Positions 49,415-59,700 of a DNA stretch of 64,000 nucleotides are shown one piece after another. The translations under genes were made by a program, and so were the position numbers. Source of the DNA: Penicillus capitatus (taxonomy: Eukaryota; Plantae; Chlorophyta); NCBI GenBank assembly GCA_965649825.1, contig OZ287694.1, positions 2,509,696-2,573,695 on the forward strand, given 5' to 3'. The notes below the pieces were generated by a model. That model was not told where the DNA came from, did no database searches, and worked only from the letters and a program-made list of their open reading frames with translations. Position 1 is the stretch's first letter. Each line of letters starts with the position of its first letter.

Positions 49415-52400
49415 ATTGGTTTCGGAGCTGCGACTTTCGAAGATGGACTGTGAGGAGTTCACGTCCCTTCTCAACTCGGCAGCCTTCGTCGAGGACGATT
49501 ACCGCCCTCGCATCAAGTACGTGATTCAAAGGGTGGAGCCCAGATCGCCTGCCTTCGATCTGATACAGCGGGTCCTCGACCGAGTCGGACAGCGCTTTCG
49601 AACGCAGGCAGCATTCAATGAGGCCTTTTGCGGGACCCGCGGCAATAGTTTGCACTATTTTCGCCGACGAGGTTCTGCGCCTCAAAACTGAGGACATGAC
49701 CACTGTCCTCAGGAACGCTAGCTTCTGGGAGTCGAGCATGTTGACGCGAACGGACGCAGATCATGATCCCATTGACCCCGATGTGGCGACGACGCCGTTG
49801 GTCAACGTTGCCGCCGACGGAAGAGCGATCGGCAACGACGGCTCGATTAACTTTTCAGCGATCTCTAACGCTGGCAGAGTCATGGTCGGAGCCAGGGAAA
49901 TCTGCAGAACCTCCAGACGAGAGGCGCTCAACATGCTGAAGTTCTTACAAAAGATCAACAATTCGAGCAATGCATCGACAAGGCCACGAAGAGCAGCAGG
50001 CCAGTCGAGGAATGGAACGGGCGTCGTGCCTTCGCCGCAGATAAGTCTCTGCCGAAAGGAAACGAAGCACACGTCTGCGAGACCATTAGCGAGACAGAAG
50101 AAGACCCAACGGAACAGGATGTGCAGTTCGCACACACCGTTAGAGCGGTCACCAAGACCAGGAGAGTTTTAAAACTTGGTCTCGTATTTCCGAGCCATTT
50201 GGGATTTCCACGCCATATTAACGCTTTAGTTGATTTTGGCGCCGAGTCCTCCTTTGTATCCCCGGCACGAGCGAAAGAACTGGGAGTGAAGGTCAGGCCA
50301 GACGAGACCCGTCCGCTGTTGGCCCATGGAGAGACCGCGAAGGTCACCGGACGATGCGACTTCCAGGCAGCCCTGGCGCAATCCTCCGACCAGCAATTCT
50401 CCATGAGTTGCCTCGTACTACCGAGGCACGGCTATGATCTACTACTGTGCATGCGCGCGATGATCGACAGTAAGGTCTCCGCGCATCCCCACGACAGATC
50501 TATCAGCATCAGAGGCGACAGGTCAAATGCCACTTCACAGGACCGAAAGCCGACAAAAGGGCGGCTAATGAGATCGCGCATGAGAAGATATGCCACTGCA
50601 CCGAAAAAGTCGATCATCTACCGAGAATCACCGAAGAACGGCTGCAGGTGCCGTTGAACCGGTCAATCGTGCTCGGACCACGAGAGAGCAAGATGCTCAG
50701 ACGCCGAACGTGCTCCCCGGCGCACTCGTGTACAAGAGGGTTCCGACCGTGGCACCGCGATATTCGGTACACCTCGGTGTGCAGTACCACACGTTCTCAA
50801 CGCTCGCCAACCATGCCGCGGAACCAGTGAAGATAACTGGACGAACGACGATCTTGGACGTGCCCGCAAGACAAGACGTCGAGTATACCGCGTGCGATTG
50901 CAACGGAAACCCACATCCGTTGAGAAGCAACAGACCACCTTTTCCCAAACGGCAGTACGCTTGCAGTCAGGCATACTGTCGCTGAAGCCTAAAATTGGCT
51001 GCTGCAGTCTCGAACAGCTGCTGGCCCGATTCCCAAACGTACTTTGTGAAAAAATTGGACGTTTTTCGGGATGGGAGGTCGGCATCCGCGACGTACAAGG
51101 GCAACTACATTCGGTCTTTACCAAAGTTCCCTACACGTTCGCTGCTGAAACGACGGCATGCAGAAACGAGATCGACGCACTCATCGAAGCCGGAGTCGTC
51201 AGCCGATTTCACGGAAAACCGAAGCACATCATCCCCTGGTTTTCTGTTCCGAAGAAGAACTCGCTCGAGCGGCGAGTGGAGCTAGACTTTCGCGGACTCA
51301 ACACGCTGACCACAGGGAGTCCCGCGCTGCCCATGCATCGAGAAGGCGCAGTTCAGAACCTGTCCGGGATGCGCCACTATGCGCAGTTTGATTTCCGACA
51401 CGGATTCTAGCCGATACCTCTGGCACATGGCCTCCAGCCGTATTTCGTCACCGTGTCCGACCGAAAGCCCTACGCCTTCACACGGCTTCCGATGGGTTGG
51501 ATCAACTCAATGGCTTTCTTCGACCAAGATGTTAAAGAAACCATAGCGGAAGCACGAGACCAGTTGAAGCAGCAGAAGACTCGAACGGCAATCGAGAGCT
51601 ATGCCGACGACGTCTGCGTAGGAGCACGGACACAAGAAGATCTCGAGAGAGCAGTTCTCCAACTGCTGACGGTCTATGACAAATACCGGTGGACGGCATC
51701 TCCGAAGAAGTGCCAGGACGGTGTTAACGAGGTCGAGCTCCTCGGACACTGCTTCACGCCCGAAGGCGTTTTGCCCCCCAAAGCACGCTGCAGCAGTTGC
51801 CCCCTGCAGCGCCGCATCAACGAAGACCGCGGTCCGATCGTTTTCGGGACACCTTCGCACCTTGCTGGACTATTGCAAGTGCGACCTCCGCCGCAGCTTA
51901 GCGGCCCCGCTGCAGCAGTCGCTCAATGCAGCGCAGCCTCAAACGAAGACCACAGTCCGTTCGTTTTCGGGACTCTTTCGCACGTTGCTGAACTCTTGCA
52001 AGTGCGACCGCCGCAGCTTAGCGGCCCTGTCGAAACTCACGAACGCCAATACCAAAGTCATCCAACGATACTGGGCGGAGGATCCCAACCGCTGGGCCAC
52101 CCTCCTCCGCTCTCTCAACCGCATCTGGTATCACCGGTCTGACGCAGCTGGCCGTAATGTCGACCTGTATGTCGACGCTAGGATGGCTTTGGGTACGCGT
52201 TGTTCGACAGTGACTCTAAACGTCTCCTCCGCCTTCGAGCTGGCGGATTCCAACGTGAACCGTTCCGATCCAGTGGCAACGCTGAGCTACTCGGAATGAA
52301 AGAGGCGCTGAAGAAACAGGCACCTGCTCATGGGCAAACATCTCACCATCTTCACTGACGCCACCGTTGTCAAACAAGCGAGTCGAAGCAGCGAGCAGAG

Positions 52401-52900
52401 CTTCCTCGTGCAGTGTCATCTACACACCCTCAACCTCTCTGCAGGAAAGGACCAACGACGACCGAAGCTCCCGCGCTTGCGGCCACCGCACACCACAACT
52501 GCTGGCCAGTGTGGTACCTGCAGATGGAAAACTATCTGAAGACAGGTCGATGTCCCGATGACGCCAACCCCCAGTGCCAACACTTTGCCCGCCACGATTC
52601 GCCCGTCGCGCAGTCATTGAATACGTGGCAACCTATGAGGCAGTGCGTAGGCATGGACGTCATCGACCCCATGAAGCCTGACGGCTCCTCAAACTATATC
52701 ATCGCCGCAGTGAACCTCTGCACACGATTTTGTCTTCTCTCGGCATCCTCGCAAGCCAAAGCGACATCCATCATCAAACTGCTCGAGCGCTGGACAGCCC
52801 TCTTCGGCAACCCCGAGTGTCTGCAGACAGACAACGATTCAGCGCTCGTAGGCAATCAGTTATCCAATTGGATGTCGGCCCGAGGAATTCAACGCCGCAC

Positions 52901-52948
52901 CATCCCGTGATCGCACCATCCCGTGATCGCACCATCCCGTGATCGCAC
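52901..52948 (+). repeat. 3 x 16-bp tandem repeat (catcccgtgatcgcac) disrupting the element-B integrase
   Basis: Three exact copies. Confidence 0.9.
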
Positions 52949-53441
52949 TGCATAGGGACCTCCGAGCGTCTCAGCCGAGACGTCATCCGCCGTCCACACC
53001 GCCTTCAAAACTCAAGGCAAATGGACATCAGCTCTTCCCCAGATTCAGGCACTGCTAAACGCGCTTCCGAACTCGGTGACCAAACTCAGCGCCGCACAGA
53101 CCGCTTTCGGTTCTCAACCTCTCCCGCACTTCATTCCCGCGCCACTCACTTTCACCGCGCCCTTCTTGCAACTCGTTGGACCGCCATCGATCACCAGAGG
53201 CAGCACCAGCAACCACACCAACAACTGCCCCACTCTCACCGTTGCTCCGACATCCTAGTCGGCTCCCTGGTGCTGCTTTTTGACAATCAACACGCGCAGA
53301 CGCACGGCAACCAGCTTCCTCCGCGGTGGCTCGGACCGTAGACGATTCACGATACATTTTCTTCCTAACGTTACCGTTTCGTTTCTTCTTCTTCCAAGCA
53401 ACCCTTTCTCGCACATCGCGATCATCTACGACGTTTTTTCA

Positions 53442-53467
53442 ATCGGAGTTCAGCGCAGGGAAGCGAT
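53442..53467 (+). other. tRNA-iMet 5'-part-like sequence at the PPT position of element B
   Basis: ATCGGAGTTCAGCGCAGGGAAGCGAT precedes the 3' LTR; plant iMet is ATCAGAGTGGCGCAGCGGAAGCG. Confidence 0.65.
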
Positions 53468-53705
53468 TGTCATGATGATGAAGAGCTGAAGGATGATGGT
53501 CCAATAAATGCCTCATCATCGTAAGAGGCACTGATGGCCAAACAGCTCTTAATGGCCACGTCACATCAGAACCTACCCGGCACCTACCCGGCACCTACTC
53601 AGCACCTATGAAACCCAACACTATAAAAAGGGGATTATTGTCACATTGATTATCTTTGTAAGAAACTTTGTTGCGTCTACCACCGTCACGTATTTGCCCA
53701 TGTCA
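53468..53705 (+). repeat. 3' LTR of element B
   Basis: Identical direct repeat of 49177-49414. Confidence 0.95.
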
Positions 53706-53786
53706 CTAGCATCGCAGTTGCATTGGCTAAGTCGTTTGGAGAACATGCGGAACCTCCTGCTGAGGTCACGTGGGTGGTCGAGCACA

Positions 53787-56700
53787 CCACGTCACATCAT
53801 GTGTAACCTGACCTGTACGATCTGGAAGTGCTCTATGACGCCGGCGACACGGTCCAGCGAGGGTGGGAATGTGTCGGCGCGGTCGAGTGGATGCCGACGG
53901 ACCCTTGGTTGGAGCCCGACGGCGGCGTGCTCGGGCTGTGGCGCGACCTTTCCGGATTCGACATTTCGGCAGATTGCGGCCGACGGAGGGCCCACCGTCG
54001 GCAGACTTCGACGCAGACGGGTGCGGGACGCCTCGGGACACACCGCGGATGCCGATCGGTGCAAGCTCGTTTGGCTTTGGGCGGTGTCGTACGGAGTTGA
54101 AATCGTGGCGGTTACGTCGCATCAGGTGTAACCTGGCCTGTCAGTACGATCTGGAAGTGCACGACGACGCCGGCGACACGGTCGAGCGAGGGTGGGAATG
54201 TGTCGGCGGGGTCGAGTGGATGCCGACGGACCCTTGGTTGGAGCCCGACGGCGGCGTGCTCGGGCTGTGGCGCGACCTTTCCGGATTCGACATTTCGGCA
54301 GATTGCGGCCGACGGAGGGCCCACCGTCGGCAGACTTCGACGCAGACGGGTGCGGGACGCCTCGGGACACACCGCGGATGCCGATCGGTGCAAGCTCGTT
54401 TGGCTTTGGGCGGTGTCGTACTTGGTTGAAATCGAGGCCGTTACGTCGCATCAGGTGTAACCTGGCCTGTCAGTACGATCTGGAAGTGCACGACGACGCC
54501 GGCGACACGGTCGAGCGAGGGTGGGAATGTGTCGGCGGGGTCGAGTGGATGCCGACGGACCCTTGGTTGGAGCCCGACGGCGGCGTGCTCGGGCTGTGGC
54601 GCGACCTTTCCGGATTCGACATTTCGGCAGATTGCGGCCGACGGAGGGCCCACCGTCGGCAGACTTCGACGCAGACGGGTGCGGGACGCCTCGGGACACG
54701 CCGCGGATGCCGATCACCGGAGGCTCGTTTGGCTTTGGGTGTCGTACGGAGTTGAAATCGTGGCCGTTACGTCGCATCAGGTGTAACCTGGCCTGTCAGT
54801 ACGATCTGGAAGTGCACGATGCCGCCGGCGACACGGTCCAGCGAGGGTGGGAATGTGTCGGCGGGGTCGAGTGGATGCCGACGGACCCTTGGTTGGAGCC
54901 CGACGGCGGCGTGCTCGGGCTGTGGCGCGACCTTTCCGGATTCGACATTTCGGCAGATTGCGGCCGACGGAGGGCCCACCGTCGGCAGACTTCGACGCAG
55001 ACGGGTGCGGGACGCCTCGGGACACACCGCGGATGCCGATCACCGGAGGCTCGTTTGGCTTTGGGCGGTGTCGTACGGAGTTGAAATCGTGGCGGTTACG
55101 TCGCATCAGGTGTAACCTGGCCTGTCAGTACGATCTGGAAGTGCACGACGACGCCGGCGACACGGTCCAGCGAGGGTGGGAATGTGTCGGCGGGGTCGAG
55201 TGGATGCCGACGGACCCTTGGTTGGAGCCCGACGGCGGCGTGCTCGGGCTGTGGCGCGACCTTTCCGGATTCGACATTTCGGCAGATTGCGGCCGACGGA
55301 GGGCCCACCGTCGGCAGACTTCGACGCAGACGGGTGCGGGACGCCTCGGGACACACCGCGGATGCCGATCGGTGCAAGCTCGTTTGGCTTTGGGCGGTGT
55401 CGTACGGAGTTGAAATCGTGGCCGTTACGTCGCATCAGGTGTAACCTGGCCTGTCAGTACGATCTGGAAGTGCACGACGACGCCGGCGACACGGTCCAGC
55501 GAGGGTGGGAATGTGTCGGCGGGGTCGAGTGGATGCCGACGGACCCTTGGTTGGAGCCCGACGGCGGCGTGCTCGGGCTGTGGCGCGACCTTTCCGGATT
55601 CGACATTTCGGCAGATTGCGGCCGACGGAGGGCCCACCGTCGGCAGACTTCGACGCAGACGGGTGCGGGACGCCTCGGGACACACCGCGGATGCCGATCG
55701 GTGCAAGCTCGTTTGGCTTTGGGCGGTGTCGTACGGAGTTGAAATCGTGGCGGTTACGTCGCATCAGGTGTAACCTGGCCTGTCAGTACGATCTGGAAGT
55801 GCACGACGACGCCGGCGACACGGTCGAGCGAGGGTGGGAATGTGTCGGCGGGGTCGAGTGGATGCCGACGGACCCTTGGTTGGAGCCCGACGGCGGCGTG
55901 CTCGGGCTGTGGCGCGACCTTACCGGATTCGACATTTCGGCAGATTGCGGCCGACGGAGGGCCCACCGTCGGCAGACTTCGACGCAGACGGGTGCGGGAC
56001 GCCTCGGGACACACCGCGGATGCCGATCGGTGCAAGCTCGTTTGGCTTTGGGCGGTGTCGTACGGAGTTGAAATCGTGGCGGTTACGTCGCATCAGGTGT
56101 AACCTGGCCTGTCAGTACGATCTGGAAGTGCACGACGACGCCGGCGACACGGTCGAGCGAGGGTGGGAATGTGTCGGCGGGGTCGAGTGGATGCCGACGG
56201 ACCCTTGGTTGGAGCCCGACGGCGGCGTGCTCGGGCTGTGGCGCGACCTTTCCGGATTCGACATTTCGGCAGATTGCGGCCGACGGAGGGCCCACCGTCG
56301 GCAGTCTTCGACGCAGACGGGTGCGGGACGCCTCGGGACACACCGCGGATGCCGATCGGTGCAAGCTCGTTTGGCTTTGGGCGGTGTCGTACGGAGTTGA
56401 AATCGTGGCGGTTACGTCGCATCAGGTGTAACCTGGCCTGTCAGTACGATCTGGAAGTGCACGACGACGCCGGCGACACGGTCCAGCGAGGGTGGGAATG
56501 TGTCGGCGGGGTCGAGTGGATGCCGACGGACCCTTGGTTGGAGCCCGACGGCGGCGTGCTCGGGCTGTGGCGCGACCTTTCCGGATTCGACATTTCGGCA
56601 GATTGCGGCCGACGGAGGGCCCACCGTCGGCAGTCTTCGACGCAGACGGGTGCGGGACGCCTCGGGACACACCGCGGATGCCGATCGGTGCAAGCTCGTT

Positions 56701-59700
56701 TGGCTTTGGGCGGTGTCGTACTTGGTTGAAATCGTGGCGGTTACGTCGCATCAGGTGTAACCTGGCCTGTCAGTACGATCTGGAAGTGCACGACGACGCC
56801 GGCGACACGGTCCAGCGAGGGTGGGAATGTGTCGGCGGGGTCGAGTGGATGCCGACGGACCCTTGGTTGGAGCCCGACGGCGGCGTGCTCGGGCTGTGGC
56901 GCGACCTTTCCGGATTCGACATTTCGGCAGATTGCGGCCGACGGAGGGCCCACCGTCGGCAATCTTCGACGCAGACGGGTGCGGGACGCCTCGGGACACA
57001 CCGCGGATGCCGATCACCGGAGGCTCGTTTGGCTTTGGGCGGTGTCGTACGGAGTTGAAATCGTGGCGGTTACGTCGCATCAGGTGTAACCTGGCCTGTC
57101 AGTACGATCTGGAAGTGCACGACGACGCCGGCGACACGGTCCAGCGAGGGTGGGAATGTGTCGGCGGGGTCGAGTGGATGCCGACGGACCCTTGGTTGGA
57201 GCCCGACGGCGGCGTGCTCGGGCTGTGGCGCGACCTTTCCGGATTCGACATTTCGGCAGATTGCGGCCGACGGAGGGCCCACCGTCGGCAGACTACAACG
57301 CAGACGGGTGCGGGACGCCTCGGGACACACCGCGGATGCCGATCACCGGAGGTTCGTTTGGCTTTGGGCGGTGTCGTACTTGGTTGAAATCGAGGCCGTT
57401 ACGTCGCATCAGGTGTAACCTGGCCTGTCAGTACGATCTGGAAGTGCACGACGACGCCGGCGACACGGTCGAGCGAGGGCGGGGATGGGTCGGCGGGGTC
57501 GAGTGGATGCCGACGGACCCAAGTTTGGCGACCGACGGCGGCGTCCTCGGGCTGTGGCGCGGCCTTTCCGGATTCGACATTTCGGCACACTGCGGCCGAC
57601 GGAGGGCCCACCGTCGGCAGTCTTCGACGCAGACGGGTGCGGGACGCCTCGGGACACGCCGCGGATGCCGATCGGTGGAGGCTCGTTTGGCTTTGGGCGG
57701 TGTCGTACGGGGTTGAAATCGTGGCCGTTACGTCGCATCAGGTGTAACCTGGCCTGTCAGTACGATCCGGAAGTGCACGACGACGCCGGCGACACGGTCC
57801 AGCGAGGGTGGGAATGTGTCGGCGGGGTCGAGTGGATGCCGACGGACCCAAGTTTGGAGCCCGACGGCGGCGTTCTCGGGCTGTGGCGCGGCCTTTCCGG
57901 ATTCGACATTTCGGCAGATTGCGGCCGACGGAGGGCCCACCGTCGGCAGTCTTCGACGCAGACGGGTGCGGGACGCCTCGGGACACACCGCGGATGCCAA
58001 TCGGTGGAGGCTCGTTTGGCTTTGGGCGGTGTCGTACTTGGTTGAAATCGTGGCGGTTACGTCGCATCAGGTGTAACCTGGCCTGTCAGTACGATCCGGA
58101 AGTGCACGACGACGCCGGCGACACGGTCCAGCGAGGGTGGGGATGGGTCGGCGGGGTCGAGTGGATGCCGACGGACCCAAGTTTGGCGACCGACGGCGGC
58201 GTCCTCGGGCTGTGGCGCGGCCTTTCCGGATTCGACATTTCGGCACACTGCGGCACACGGAGGGCCCACCGTCGGCAGACTACAACGCAGACGGGTGCGG
58301 GACGCCTCGGGACACACCGCGGATGCCAATCGGTGCAAGCTCGTTTGGCTTTGGGCGGTGTCGTACTTGGTTGAAATCGTGGCCGTTACGTCGCATCAGG
58401 TGTAACCTGGCCTGTCAGTACGATCTGGAAGTGCACGATGACGCCGGCGACACGGTCCAGCGAGGGTGGGGATGTGTCGGCGGGGTCGAGTGGATGCCGA
58501 CGGACCATTGGTTGGAGCCCGACGGCGGCGTCCTCTGGCCGTGGCGCGGCCTTTCCGGATTCGACATTTCGGCACACTGCGGCACACGGAGGGCCCACCG
58601 TCGGCAGTCTTCGACGCAGACGGGTGCGGGACGCCTCGGGACACGCCGCGGATGCCAATCGGTGGAGGCTCGTTTGGCTTTGGGCGGTGTCGTACTTGGT
58701 TGAAATCGTGGCGGTTACGTCGCATCAGGTGTAACCTGGCCTGTCAGTACGATCTGGAAGTGCACGACGACGCCGGCGACACGGTCGAGCGAGGGCGGGG
58801 ATGGGTCGGCGGGGTCGAGTGGATGCCGACGGACCCTTGGTTGGAGCCCGACGGCGGCGTCCTCGGGCTGTGGCGCGGCCTTTCCGGATTCGACATTTCG
58901 GCACTCTGCGGCCGACGGAGGGCCGACCGTCGGCAGTCTTCGACGCAGACGGGTGCGGGACGCCTCGGGACACGCCGCGGATGCCGATCGGTGCAAGCTC
59001 GTTTGGCTTTGGGCGGTGTCGTACGGAGTTGAAATCGTGGCGGTTACGTCGCATCAGGTGTAACCTGGCCTGTCAGTACGATCCGGAAGTGCACGACGAC
59101 GCCGGCGAGACGGTCGAGCGAGGGCGGGGATGTGTCGGCGGGGTCGAGTGGATGCTGTAGGACCCTTGGTTGGAGCCCGACGGCGGCGTCCTCGGGCTGT
59201 GGCGCGGCCTTACCGGATTCGACATTTCGGCACACTGCGGCCGACGGAGGGCCCACCGTCGGCAGTCTTCGACGCAGACGGGTGCGGGACGCCTCGGGAC
59301 ACGCCGCGGATGCCGATCGGTGGAGGCTCGTTTGGCTCTGGGCGGTGTCGTACTTGGTTGAAATCGTGGCCGTTACGTCGCATCAGGTGTAACCTGGCCT
59401 GTCAGTACGATCCGGAAGTGCACGACGACGCCGGCGACACGGTCCAGCGAGGACGGGGATGGGTCGGCGGGGTCGAGTGGATGCCGACGGACCCTTGGTT
59501 GGAGCCCGACGGCGGCGTCCTCGGGCTGTGGCGCGGCCTTTCCGGATTCGACATTTCGGCACACTGCGGCCGACGGAGGGCCCACCGTCGGCAGACTACA
59601 ACGCAGACGGGTGCGGGACGCCTCGGGACACGCCGCGGATGCCGATCGGTGGAGGCTCGTTTGGCTCTGGGCGGTGTCGTACGGGGTTGAAATCGTGGCC

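Larger units (their letters stand above)
49177..53705 (+). mobile_element. Ty3/Gypsy LTR retrotransposon B, identical LTRs, internally decayed
   Basis: 238-bp LTRs 49177-49414 and 53468-53705, identical as read by eye, TG...CA, 4-bp TSD CTAG, PBS at 49417. gag (deleted relative to C), protease (LVDFGAESS), RT (ESYADDVC), RH fragment, integrase (GMDVIDP, LQTDND). Confidence 0.95.

Noticed and set aside
54385-54435. Weak resemblance of ttgggcggtgtcgtacttggttga to the internal part of 5S rRNA
   Set aside because: Only short patches match, with no 5S helices or termini and no oligo-T terminator; an Infernal RF00001 search would settle it.
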